DNA of 64,000 nucleotides from a virus: IMG/VR virus record IMGVR_UViG_3300031420_000003, positions 160,001-224,000 of that record. One strand, written 5' to 3'. The notes under the pieces are model-generated. The model did no database searches. It saw only the letters and a list, made by a program, of their open reading frames with translations, and had not been told where the DNA came from. Position 1 is the stretch's first letter; every line of letters starts with the position of its first letter. A program made the translations under genes and the position numbers. Of this stretch, positions 54,833-64,000 are shown in pieces.

Positions 54833-56932
54833 TTACTTCGGTAGCGTAGGAAACGCCCCATCATAAAGACTGGCAGGACGCTTCTCATTGACCCAGAAGC
54901 CTACGTTGTTGAGATAGTCTTGCTGACCTTGGAACAGCAACATCGGTGCACCACTACGAATCCCAATCAGGGTGTTGTGATCCACGAAACGTTTGCCGCT
55001 CACCTCGTTAGCTTCTTCACGGTCAAAGCCCACCGCCGGGAATGAATCGGTTGGGGATTCAACACGTGACACCGCTAACATGATACCCACGTGACACATC
55101 GGTACGCCGTTAAGCTTACGCCCAATGTAACGGAAGGTATCAAACAACGCATACGTACACTGCCGCTCAGTAGCGCCACCCATCTCAACCAGCGTTAAGG
55201 TTTTCACCTTGCCTTTCTTGTTCATCTTCACTGAGTTGTCGACGCTGATAACGTCATCCGCCTCATCGTTCTTATCCGCCGCAACAGAACGCAGCTTGGT
55301 CTCAAGACCCGCAACGAACTCTGCCATGGATTCAGAACGGTTGGTGTAGATAAGCAAGGGTTGTGCGGTGTGCCACTCTTTCAGTGGAATGTGCACGAGC
55401 TTCTTCACGAAGCGCAGCTTGTCACGGTGCTTCAGGAAGTAACGTAAGAACGCCTTCGAGAAGTTACCGCAAACACCCATACGGGCATCGACTGATTCTT
55501 CAAACTGCAACTCACCTTCTTTGTCATAGCGCTGGAACGTGAGGTCGTTGATCTCCGGCAGTGCCGTCTCATCAACATCATCCATGTTCTCATGATACGC
55601 AATCTGGCTCAGCTCAGAATACAGCTTGTCGGAGATAACCAGTTCGTACTCATTCCATGCGCCTGTCAGCGGTTTACCTTTGAGCTTCAGGCCCTTCTGG
55701 GAATCCTTCTCGAACTTGTCCAGATACTGCTGCATAGGTGGCGTCAGAATTAACTTCAGCAACGCACGCAGGAAGTCTAAGTGCTTGGTCGAGAGAATAC
55801 CCTGAGAACCCTTCTCAGAGATAGAGGTAGACGCCAAGTGACCCGGCGAGGTATCTTCGGATAGGTTGAAGATAAGATCGCCCATACAGCCCGCACACAA
55901 GCCCTGCTTGGCTAAGTGGCGACAAGTCATGGCACTGCGGAACAACAGCGGGCGGTCTTTCACCTTTTCAAAGTCTTCAGGTTCAAACCGACGCCAAGGT
56001 CCGCCCTCATTCTCAAAGCGATAGCGCATGCCTTTCATGGCTTTGAACGCTTGCTTGTGATGCTCAAGTTCCGTAAAGGTAAACTCGTGCGCCTCTGTGG
56101 TGCCACAGTCGTCGTAGCTGAAGTTCATGAGCACGTTCGCTACCAACTGCAGCTTACGTGAACCGTACTCGGCTTCGGCGATGTTATCCGTGTTATACAG
56201 ATGCGACCGCGAGGTGGCTCCCGCTTCCTTAAGACGGGAAGCGAGTTTGTGCAGACCGTTGAAGAAACCTTCCCAGACCTGATTGGTGTACACACGTGAG
56301 TCAATCTCTGACGTTTTACCACGCACATACGCTTGCAGTATCTGGTTCATCTTCATAGTACCGTCTTTCACCGACATCGCCAACGGGTTCATGGCAAGGT
56401 TCGGATCGCGAAGCAGTATCCCTTCGATGATTTGATAGGCGTCTTCAACTTTGTCGTTGCCTTCCGAGTCGTAACCCGTCGGGTGCTCGACAGCCCAGCG
56501 CAGGATTATCTGGAAGTCCGGGTGGTCGTAGATATCCCGCATGGTGTCGATGTCAATCGTGGTGCAATACGGCAGCAGATGCTTAACGGTTAAGTTAAAG
56601 GCATCGGCATACACATGTTGCGACAGGATGTACCGCGTATCCCCCAAATCCACACCGGCCTCACGCGCCAATACCGCTGCAATCGACATGAAGTCAATGT
56701 GGCGGTCATCGGTAGACACATCCCCCGGCTTAAAGCACAGAGACGAGGGTGTCGAGACCTGCGGATAGTAGCGCGACAATGCCCAGTACGGCCAACTCAA
56801 CTTTACGTGTCGAGAGGAGACCGGCAACGTCACACCGTCATCGAATGTCACGTCGTAACGACCGCGCATCTTCCAGACTTTCTCCGCAGGTAACATCCTT
56901 AAATCACGAATGTGTACAGGACACCCATTCAT
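54833..56932 (-). CDS. Non-virion RNA polymerase beta' C-terminal subunit (phiKZ gp74-like)
   Basis: YGSRKLQ...DDCGT; RSAMTC...LCAGCMG; GHLASTSISEKGSQGILSTKH (rpoC QSIGEPGTQLTMRTFH equivalent). Confidence 0.9.
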   Translation of the reverse strand: MNGCPVHIRDLRMLPAEKVWKMRGRYDVTFDDGVTLPVSSRHVKLSWPYWALSRYYPQVSTPSSLCFKPGDVSTDDRHIDFMSIAAVLAREAGVDLGDTRYILSQHVYADAFNLTVKHLLPYCTTIDIDTMRDIYDHPDFQIILRWAVEHPTGYDSEGNDKVEDAYQIIEGILLRDPNLAMNPLAMSVKDGTMKMNQILQAYVRGKTSEIDSRVYTNQVWEGFFNGLHKLASRLKEAGATSRSHLYNTDNIAEAEYGSRKLQLVANVLMNFSYDDCGTTEAHEFTFTELEHHKQAFKAMKGMRYRFENEGGPWRRFEPEDFEKVKDRPLLFRSAMTCRHLAKQGLCAGCMGDLIFNLSEDTSPGHLASTSISEKGSQGILSTKHLDFLRALLKLILTPPMQQYLDKFEKDSQKGLKLKGKPLTGAWNEYELVISDKLYSELSQIAYHENMDDVDETALPEINDLTFQRYDKEGELQFEESVDARMGVCGNFSKAFLRYFLKHRDKLRFVKKLVHIPLKEWHTAQPLLIYTNRSESMAEFVAGLETKLRSVAADKNDEADDVISVDNSVKMNKKGKVKTLTLVEMGGATERQCTYALFDTFRYIGRKLNGVPMCHVGIMLAVSRVESPTDSFPAVGFDREEANEVSGKRFVDHNTLIGIRSGAPMLLFQGQQDYLNNVGFWVNEKRPASLYDGAFPTLPK

Positions 56933-59148
56933 TCTGCATCCTCCCGGACTGGTCTAATCAATTCAAAACCTTCGCAACGGTGAATGTTACGAATCATCTT
57001 GTCAACCTGAGACTCACCGAGTGGGAATTTCTTCCTGTCGATGATGTACCCCGGATTGGTCGGCGTATCAGATTCGTACATCGCCTCCACTACCGTACGG
57101 TGTACCACGTTTGAGTTTGCACGGTTGTGCACCTCATCCGCCAGATTACCGTAACCGGATAACAGTCGACGTTCGGACTCACCCATCCACTTCTTCGCAG
57201 AGAAGTTAATCGGATAGCCACCCCGTCCTGCATGAGACGCATCGATAGTCCCGAGGTAGTTCAAGTGCATCGAGGAGATACACGAGAACTCACGACCGGT
57301 CTTATCCAGACGAAGGGTTTCCACGTGACCCACGTAGAACTTGTTCTTCGTCCACTCCTGCACACCGTCGTAATTGGTGATAAGCAGCTCAGATTTCTCT
57401 GGTGCAAACTCACCGAGATTATGCACGATGTCCATGGGTGTGGTGTCGAGTTCGTGCGGAAGCCAGATACGGATAGTAAAGTCGAAGATCTCTTTGAAGA
57501 GTTCCACGCGCTTCACTTCTGTGTCATGCTCTTCCAGCATGTAGTTCGCCCAATCGATGTTGTAACGCGAGAGATAGTCGATGAGAATATCAAACGCTTC
57601 ATTCACCTGATCCTTTTCCAGCATCGGCTTGATACGCAGTTTCAGTTGTTCACTGGCTGCAGACCAATAGATGTGGAACAGGCCTGAATAGGTCGAGCGA
57701 CGTACCACGGCGTTCTGAGAACGAATGACGTGCACACGCTGACCGAGTTTGTTAATCGGCATCTGCTCATCAGGTAATACCCGACCCACGATACCTTTGG
57801 TGCCAGAACGGTCAGTGATTTTCGAGGAGACCGTCACCGGAATCGGATAGCGTACCACAATCTTCACGGTGTACGTGTTGATAGGGTCTTTCAGTGAACG
57901 CTGAACCGGCTCCTTTAAACGCTGCAGAATACGCGTGTCCGCTTGGTCACGTTTGTACTCGCCACGTTTAACGGCTTCATCAATCTCACGACGCATCTCA
58001 CGTTGGAACTCCGAATAGACTTCGTAGGTTTCCGAGGCGAATGCTTTATCCAGAAGCTCGGCTGCTTTAGGCGACCAGACGATGTTGTCGTCTTTGCTCA
58101 TGGTAAAGTAGAACCGCACCAGTTCCCGATAGAAGTCTTTCAGTGCACCGGCGTAGAGATCCAGTACGTTTTTGTTTTCCGTGGTACAACGGATATTGTT
58201 CTGTCCGTTGTTAATCGATGACTCGTCACGCCAGACCTGAATGTCAATCACGCGACTGCCATTGAATTCGGATGGACGCATGAAATGCTCCGGGTCCGCA
58301 TCCACGTACTCACAATGGTCAAAGAACGGACTGGCATGCATCGTCTCACCCAAGTGAGAATCAATCGCCGCGTACAGCGGGTCATGACGTCGCGCTGCAA
58401 TCACCAAACCATCGTCACGAATCGCCTGTCCGTATTCCGGGAAATACTGCGGACGACGCACACCGTTGACAAAGCTGCCATACGTGTCGAGCAGGTACTC
58501 GTCTTCACGCAGTGATAACATTATCTCACGATAACCCCAACCGTGCATCAGATGTGCCGCAGTCTGCGATATCGTGTACGAATCCTCGATAATGTCCGGG
58601 TGCGACATCGCAACCGTTGGCAGGGCCACACCATCGACCAGCTCACCGTCCTGTACTGCATTGAAATCGGTCAGGATGTCATCGCGTTGCAGGTCATTGA
58701 TTTCACCGCGTGCAATACCACGCAGTTTATCAGTGGGGCGCAGCTCTGAGGTGAAGATATGATCGTGGTGCGTGTAGTTACTGGTCATCGCCAAATCAAT
58801 CATCGTTTTGTGCTGCGTACTCGCATCACGTTGTTTACGACGAAAGAAGATGGCGTACTGCAAGACATTCGGATCGCCACGTTTTGCATGCCGTGCAAAC
58901 ACCGCACGACGTTGACGACCTTTATCGTTGAACGAGGCCACTTCGCCATCGTCTTCGATGATGTCATTGAACATGTACTTCGCGTACTCGGAGTCGGCTC
59001 CGGTGAAATGTGGGGAGGGGGTTGGATGGTCAATCGGTACGGCCGATTTCATATGACCACCGACCATTGCTGCGCGAGAACCAGAAACGTGATCGATTAA
59101 CGGTTCACGGTCTGCGGATACGCCCTTGTATTCGACATTCGACTGCAT
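56929..59148 (-). CDS. Non-virion RNA polymerase beta C-terminal subunit (phiKZ gp71-73-like), uninterrupted
   Basis: SRAAMVGGHMKSAVP, IEDS, SKITDRSGTKGIV, DEQMP, RLDKT, WMGESE motifs of the rpoB C-half. Confidence 0.9.
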   Translation of the reverse strand: MQSNVEYKGVSADREPLIDHVSGSRAAMVGGHMKSAVPIDHPTPSPHFTGADSEYAKYMFNDIIEDDGEVASFNDKGRQRRAVFARHAKRGDPNVLQYAIFFRRKQRDASTQHKTMIDLAMTSNYTHHDHIFTSELRPTDKLRGIARGEINDLQRDDILTDFNAVQDGELVDGVALPTVAMSHPDIIEDSYTISQTAAHLMHGWGYREIMLSLREDEYLLDTYGSFVNGVRRPQYFPEYGQAIRDDGLVIAARRHDPLYAAIDSHLGETMHASPFFDHCEYVDADPEHFMRPSEFNGSRVIDIQVWRDESSINNGQNNIRCTTENKNVLDLYAGALKDFYRELVRFYFTMSKDDNIVWSPKAAELLDKAFASETYEVYSEFQREMRREIDEAVKRGEYKRDQADTRILQRLKEPVQRSLKDPINTYTVKIVVRYPIPVTVSSKITDRSGTKGIVGRVLPDEQMPINKLGQRVHVIRSQNAVVRRSTYSGLFHIYWSAASEQLKLRIKPMLEKDQVNEAFDILIDYLSRYNIDWANYMLEEHDTEVKRVELFKEIFDFTIRIWLPHELDTTPMDIVHNLGEFAPEKSELLITNYDGVQEWTKNKFYVGHVETLRLDKTGREFSCISSMHLNYLGTIDASHAGRGGYPINFSAKKWMGESERRLLSGYGNLADEVHNRANSNVVHRTVVEAMYESDTPTNPGYIIDRKKFPLGESQVDKMIRNIHRCEGFELIRPVREDAE

Positions 59149-59175
59149 TTATGAATTACTCCTTTCGTGTAGCAT

Positions 59176-59196
59176 CATGAGGATAATATCTATCTC
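59176..59196 (-). promoter_or_regulatory. Putative early promoter for the nvRNAP operon
   Basis: Minus strand GAGATAGATATTATCCTCATG, 28 bp upstream of the ATG. Confidence 0.75.
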
Positions 59197-59219
59197 TAGT
59201 TTCTTTTAAGGAGACACCC

Positions 59220-59540
59220 GTGTTAGAATCGTTTATCACCCTTGGAAATATTATCCCGCCACCGGAGACAGATAGGAACCGTGTGTTGCGCGACCACGTC
59301 ACGTTTATGCGCAACCATGCGGAAACCACGGATATGCTGGTTGACCCTGCTCACAGCTACCCAGAGGTTCATTCCTTCTACACCTTCTGCAAAGCAGTTG
59401 GCTTAGAGGACATTCAAATCTATCCCACAATGTTATTGAACGGTATCACTAACCCGCTTGCTTTCACGCCTGAAAAGTACACGATGCTGAAAGTCCCCAG
59501 TGCACCACTGGTGAACTCCATTATCTCCACCATTCAATAA
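59220..59540 (+). CDS. Small protein with LysM/tail-X-like C-terminal pattern, 106 aa
   Basis: GTG with TAAGGAG RBS; TMLLNGITNPLAF...LKVP. Confidence 0.65.
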   Translation: MLESFITLGNIIPPPETDRNRVLRDHVTFMRNHAETTDMLVDPAHSYPEVHSFYTFCKAVGLEDIQIYPTMLLNGITNPLAFTPEKYTMLKVPSAPLVNSIISTIQ

Positions 59541-59546
59541 AAAAAG

Positions 59547-59567
59547 AAGGGGCCACTGCGACCCCTT
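59547..59567. terminator. Bidirectional terminator
   Basis: AAGGGG...CCCCTT stem flanked by an A-tract and a T-tract between convergent genes. Confidence 0.75.
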
Positions 59568-59580
59568 TATTTTTTTTTGC

Positions 59581-60915
59581 TTAGATGCCTAAGCCCCACA
59601 CGCCACCGTTGTTACCGCTCAGTAACGATCCACCGCTGTCACCGCCTAACAGTGAACCACTACCGCCACCCAGCAGAGAACCCCCGCCCAGCAAGCTGCC
59701 GGTGTTGGAGTTACCGCTCAATAAGCTGTTATTGTTACTGATGGTGGTATTGTTACCCACCGCCTGTGCCAACGACATGCCGCTGATGGTTTCGTTCTGT
59801 GCGTTCACACGACCGGTACGCTCGTACTCTGCCAACTGAACCGGCGTCATACGCGCTGGGTCCGGTGCGGCCAAGATAGAGTTGTTACCACGACGTGAGA
59901 CACCGTGACGGGAGAAGAATGCCATCGGGTCATCTTTGGCTGGCTCTTCTGCACTACTGGCAGTGGGCGCAGCTTTCTCGATGTGGCCATGAGACGGCTT
60001 CAGACGATATTCACGGGCAGAGGTATCCTGCTCGTTCTCCCCACGCGGGCCGACATTATACGGCAGCGTTTGGATTTTATCGTTATACTTCTCCAGCGAG
60101 TCCAGCTCTGAGATCCACGCATCGTCCAGCGGACGCAGCGGTGTGTGATCCTTTAAGCCACGCACAATCTGGTTGTAGTTGATGACATAGTTCGCCCAAC
60201 CACGTGACAGACAGCCGAAGTACGGACGGTCATCATTGGAACCCGTAACCGGTGGATACCAGCCAAAGATTGCCATCAGCAGGCGATGGATAATCACCTT
60301 ATCCTGCTTACGACGCAGGGTTGCACCAAAGTACGTTGCAGTTCCGTCTTCGCCTTCTTCTTCAAAGCAGTGACGGAAGTTTGCCGCACGCACGTACTTC
60401 ACGCCATCGATAACCAGATCCGTTGCAATGAACAACTGCAGACGTTTCTTTTCTTCGATGTTCTCACGCACGTAGTTCATGAGCGTCGTGAAGCTTTGCT
60501 GGAGCACCTTATCAAGCTTCGGGTCTTTAATCCCTTCGCAGATGCTGGCCAGCCAGTTGGTGTAACCGGCCAGACGAACCTTCTTACCTTCGGCAGCGGT
60601 ATCGAGTACGTACTCAATCAACTCGATGGAACGCGACCACAGTTGGTTCATGATGGCTTTCTTCATGAAGCGGTTGGTGCCTGACTCGCCGTACATTACA
60701 GATTCGCACAGCGGGTGATAGGCATGACACTCGGTGCCATCGTCATCTTCCATGCCCGCTTTGAGCATGGCCGTGGTTGGCAGCACCAGACGACGACGTA
60801 CTTTGTTGTACGTGAAATACGCCGGGGTCTTATCATCGCGGTAGACGAACTTGTCGCCATCGCGGTCAAAGCCCCACGATCCCATTTGACTGGTGTAGCA
60901 GTCTAAAATATTCAT
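59581..60915 (-). CDS. Conserved core protein (phiKZ gp70-like position) with C-terminal SLL(G/S)G repeats
   Basis: 444 aa; AAGGA RBS; synteny. Confidence 0.75.
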   Translation of the reverse strand: MNILDCYTSQMGSWGFDRDGDKFVYRDDKTPAYFTYNKVRRRLVLPTTAMLKAGMEDDDGTECHAYHPLCESVMYGESGTNRFMKKAIMNQLWSRSIELIEYVLDTAAEGKKVRLAGYTNWLASICEGIKDPKLDKVLQQSFTTLMNYVRENIEEKKRLQLFIATDLVIDGVKYVRAANFRHCFEEEGEDGTATYFGATLRRKQDKVIIHRLLMAIFGWYPPVTGSNDDRPYFGCLSRGWANYVINYNQIVRGLKDHTPLRPLDDAWISELDSLEKYNDKIQTLPYNVGPRGENEQDTSAREYRLKPSHGHIEKAAPTASSAEEPAKDDPMAFFSRHGVSRRGNNSILAAPDPARMTPVQLAEYERTGRVNAQNETISGMSLAQAVGNNTTISNNNSLLSGNSNTGSLLGGGSLLGGGSGSLLGGDSGGSLLSGNNGGVWGLGI

Positions 60916-60933
60916 CGGTTAATTGATCCTTGC

Positions 60934-62607
60934 TCAGAGTGTGAAGTTATCGTTATCGGAAGATAACCCCAAACCACCCAGTCCCAGACTGCCCGAACTT
61001 GGCGCATCAGGAATGTTGAATTGGAGATTGCTCTTACCTACCTTGCGCTCGTTATCGACGTATGCTTCGTCGATGCTTGAGAACAGGCGTTCGGTGTCTT
61101 TAGCCAATTGGCCGACGTATTTCAGGTCAGTGGTGTTACCCATGTGCAGACGGTTTGACATGAAGGAGGCGAAGGTGAAGAACTCTTTAACCAAGTCCCC
61201 ATCCATTCTGATCTCAACACGGTTGACCGTACCCAGACGTGCGATGATGAACACCTCAAAGCGAAGGCTGTTGTGCTTGCTCACGGTAATGAACAAACGC
61301 TTCAGATCCTGCATCAGCTGGTTGGCCAGTGCACCGGACAACTGCGTCTTCAGAAGACCTTCGACAGAATTCGGGTTGACCATCAGAGTCGGTTCGGTCA
61401 CGAAGTCTGTATTCAAGTTATCAAACGTGATAGCACACGCGCCCACTTTACTGCGGGCCATGACCTGTGACAGCTGCATTGCGATATCAAACGCAACCAG
61501 TGAAGCCGGCGTTGAATAGTCATTCATGGACAACCAGTCATCGGTCTTCTCGATGATACCGGTACGGTTCATGAACGCATCATGCAGTGACGTGATGATG
61601 TCCGTGTTCAGCTTCTCAGGGTTTGAGATTGCCGCACGGATATCCATCAGGCGGAAGTTCGCCTTCTGGGCATTACGCCACGCATCACTGCCTAGGCCGG
61701 TATTACGTTGCAGGGATTCACGCAGAGAACGGATGAACGGGAACGATGCAAAGCTGCGCATCACACCCATGCCATTCAGTTCACGCTGCACGCCGTTTGC
61801 GCCATCAGAGTCAAAGAACGAATCGACGGCCGTCAGCGTGTCGTCCTGACCACGAGACTTCAGGTAACTCGTTGACATCGCATTGACAAACTCACCCGGA
61901 CTGGTCAGACGCGAGGACATTAACTGCGCCTGCGTTGAAGCCACTGGTGAGAAGATGGTGGTGGAATCCGGCACGAATGCTTCGTTGGCACCCAGCTCAA
62001 TCTTGCGAACCATGTCCGCTGACTTCGCAATGGAAATCAGGTCGATGGTCGATTCTTGATAGGAGTCCACACTCAGTGCCTGAGACAACACGTAGTTGTC
62101 CACCATGCGCTCACTGCCCGGGATAACGTGACGCTGACCGAACAGATCCGGTGCACCGTACGTCTGCTGCATGCCGTATACGTCGTTGATATAAAGCACC
62201 ATGTCATCTGGCAGTAAGCCCGACAACGATTGCTCTCCACGACTGGTATAACCGGTGATGATAAATTGTGTTTCTTGGCTGCGTGTGTCATTGACAGGGT
62301 CAGCCACCAGAACAGCGATGAAGTTGTACACATCGGTATTGTCGCTGTTATAGTTGAAGCGGTCGACGATGTTACCTTCGCCCACGTTAACCAGTGGACG
62401 CTCAACACCGGTCGGTGTTGAGTCGAAGGAAACCACATCAGACAGCGCCTGTTGGTACAGGGGTGTTGAAGTCGCGTTACGGCCTTCACGCGACACGATC
62501 TCTTTCAGTTCATCCATCGCTGAGAGAGAAGAGCTATACGCCATACGACGACGAATCTGCTCAGGGATACCATAGACCGGGTACATCAACATGTTGACTA
62601 ATTTCAT
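60934..62607 (-). CDS. Probable phage-nucleus protein importer PicA/Imp1 (phiKZ gp69-like), 557 aa
   Basis: TAAGGAGTAAT RBS; identity inferred from size and position between the gp68- and gp70-like genes, not from a diagnostic motif. Confidence 0.6.
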   Translation of the reverse strand: MKLVNMLMYPVYGIPEQIRRRMAYSSSLSAMDELKEIVSREGRNATSTPLYQQALSDVVSFDSTPTGVERPLVNVGEGNIVDRFNYNSDNTDVYNFIAVLVADPVNDTRSQETQFIITGYTSRGEQSLSGLLPDDMVLYINDVYGMQQTYGAPDLFGQRHVIPGSERMVDNYVLSQALSVDSYQESTIDLISIAKSADMVRKIELGANEAFVPDSTTIFSPVASTQAQLMSSRLTSPGEFVNAMSTSYLKSRGQDDTLTAVDSFFDSDGANGVQRELNGMGVMRSFASFPFIRSLRESLQRNTGLGSDAWRNAQKANFRLMDIRAAISNPEKLNTDIITSLHDAFMNRTGIIEKTDDWLSMNDYSTPASLVAFDIAMQLSQVMARSKVGACAITFDNLNTDFVTEPTLMVNPNSVEGLLKTQLSGALANQLMQDLKRLFITVSKHNSLRFEVFIIARLGTVNRVEIRMDGDLVKEFFTFASFMSNRLHMGNTTDLKYVGQLAKDTERLFSSIDEAYVDNERKVGKSNLQFNIPDAPSSGSLGLGGLGLSSDNDNFTL

Positions 62608-62621
62608 TTATTAATTACTCC

Positions 62622-64000
62622 TTACGATACAAAGAAATCGACTTCATCCAGTTTTCTACGCGCTTGGATGGTCAAGAATTCGGCCAGTTGAGACTGGATG
62701 CGTCCACCCAGTTTCATGCGTTCCACCGTCGTGGAGTCGCTTTTCAACAGTACCCTGGCCTCTTCGGTACAGTTGAAGTTGAAGTAGTACGGCGCGATAT
62801 GCTGGTCTAACAACAGACGCAACGATTCACGAGCCGGACTCTCGCTGTTACCGCCACCTTTAACAGTGCGATAGTCATGAGGATAATATCTATCCATCTT
62901 AATTTTGATATCAGGTTCGATTGCATAGATGGGATGGCCCGACACATTGCCCGGCAACATCTGACAACTGAGTAACGCCGCCACTTCGTGCATGCCGTAA
63001 TGCAGATACACTGCCTGAGCAATACCCATGCCGTACTTGAATTCGACTTCGATATCTTTGTACGTTTGACGGTGTGCCTTCGAGTGCAGTGCTGCTGCCA
63101 CCAACCATTCATGCAGTTCGTAGATAGGCCCGGTGTGGTTGACCAGAATCGAATCAATCAACGTCTTCACCGTGGCCGGTGCGATGTCGATGTTCTTCAG
63201 CGTCTTGATAAACCGACGGTAATCTTTGAACGCAACCGCAGTTCGGACAAACTCCTTCACCGGTGCAGGGCTACGTGCCTGTACCAAGTCAATGGCGTTC
63301 GTCTTACCCTTCTCACCATTAAATACCGTGTTGCTCGGATGCTGCTTTAAGATAACCGATTGACCGGAAATCTTTGAAGCAAAGCCACCGTCCACTTCAC
63401 CACGAATCGCATAGAAGATTTGCGAGATGGTGTTGTTGTCGTTGAGATCCGCTGTCGCAAAGTCCGCACCCACCGGATGCAGGCCCAGTACGTAGACCAC
63501 GGTGTACGCCAGAAGATACTCTTCCAACATATCCGACCCATAGCCCCGAACCGATGCCAACACAGACAGGCTTGTGCCGCCCATGCCTTTGTTCGACTCA
63601 CGCTGGAACTTCTCAACCAGACAGTTCAGGAACACCCGCAGCTTATCAATGGCTGGCGAACGGGCTACTGCGGTATCCGAGATAACACTGAAGCAACGCA
63701 CCATGCTCAGCACCACTTTACGCTTGGTGTCTTGCGACAGACCTTTACCACCGATATACGCACCCAGCAGGTTAAACACCGGCAGGAACGGTTTGATGGC
63801 CAAGGTTTCAATCAACAGCTCGTAATACTCCGGGCGGATATAGGTCATCGCCTCAGGGTAGTTTGGCGGAAGTCCGTCAAAGTTCTCTTGGAGCTTCTCA
63901 GGAATCCACACCTTGTTCATGGGATACAACTGCTTGAACACCTCAGGTGGGTGTAAGCGGTCGATAACACGAATGACTTTTGGCAGATGCTCTTCTAATA
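62622..64000 (-). CDS. Probable nvRNAP fifth (promoter-specificity) subunit (phiKZ gp68-like), 5'-truncated
   Basis: Frame stays open from 63941 to the window end (LEEHLPKVIRVIDRLHPPEV); synteny. Confidence 0.6.
   Translation of the reverse strand, partial: LEEHLPKVIRVIDRLHPPEVFKQLYPMNKVWIPEKLQENFDGLPPNYPEAMTYIRPEYYELLIETLAIKPFLPVFNLLGAYIGGKGLSQDTKRKVVLSMVRCFSVISDTAVARSPAIDKLRVFLNCLVEKFQRESNKGMGGTSLSVLASVRGYGSDMLEEYLLAYTVVYVLGLHPVGADFATADLNDNNTISQIFYAIRGEVDGGFASKISGQSVILKQHPSNTVFNGEKGKTNAIDLVQARSPAPVKEFVRTAVAFKDYRRFIKTLKNIDIAPATVKTLIDSILVNHTGPIYELHEWLVAAALHSKAHRQTYKDIEVEFKYGMGIAQAVYLHYGMHEVAALLSCQMLPGNVSGHPIYAIEPDIKIKMDRYYPHDYRTVKGGGNSESPARESLRLLLDQHIAPYYFNFNCTEEARVLLKSDSTTVERMKLGGRIQSQLAEFLTIQARRKLDEVDFFVS
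62876..62895 (-). promoter_or_regulatory. Intragenic copy of the early-promoter motif
   Basis: 19-nt exact match (CATGAGGATAATATCTATC) to the 59176 promoter. Confidence 0.6.

Noticed and set aside
56929-59148. Intron/homing endonuclease splitting nvRNAP beta-C as in phiKZ gp71-73
   Set aside because: The ORF is continuous (739 aa) with rpoB motifs in order; no HNH, LAGLIDADG or intein signature seen
11868-62895. Repeated ~21-bp motif as a CRISPR repeat or insertion-element end
   Set aside because: Copies are dispersed and single, all in one orientation upstream of genes; no spacers or transposase
1-64000. tRNA/rRNA genes, CRISPR arrays, alternative genetic code
   Set aside because: Intergenic gaps are short and explained by terminators and promoters; no cloverleaf recognised; long conserved ORFs are intact in code 11 using all three stops
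1-64000. Chimallin (shell) and PhuZ tubulin genes
   Set aside because: No ORF matches; by synteny they would lie beyond the right edge. Nucleus formation is therefore inferred, not shown

Overview
This 64 kb window is a gene-dense segment of a phiKZ-related, nucleus-forming jumbo phage (Chimalliviridae type; gene order and content resemble the enterobacterial SPN3US/phiEaH2/CR5 group). Most genes lie on the minus strand. Read from right to left, the core block resembles phiKZ gp68-gp129: probable nvRNAP fifth subunit, probable nuclear-import factor PicA/Imp1, nvRNAP beta-C and beta'-C, SF2 helicase, vRNAP beta'-C, the exonuclease half of a split family-B DNA polymerase, head ejection proteins with AxE protease sites, baseplate/neck proteins, DHFR, DnaB-like helicase, major capsid protein, nvRNAP beta-N and portal. 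Early accessory cassettes are interspersed. Assignments to phiKZ/SPN3US gene numbers rest on motifs plus remembered synteny, not on a database search. The main observations are: (1) a candidate programmed -1 frameshift (T TTT TTC, 50214-50220) fusing a 662-aa CxxC protein to a start-less downstream ORF, like a tail-chaperone G/GT pair; (2) nucleoporin-GLFG-like SLL(G/S)G repeats next to the probable PicA gene; (3) a ~21-bp early-promoter motif present six times, once inside a coding sequence; (4) head-to-head gene pairs whose 12-26 bp spacers carry a ribosome-binding site on each strand. No tRNA, rRNA, CRISPR array, intron or mobile element was recognised.
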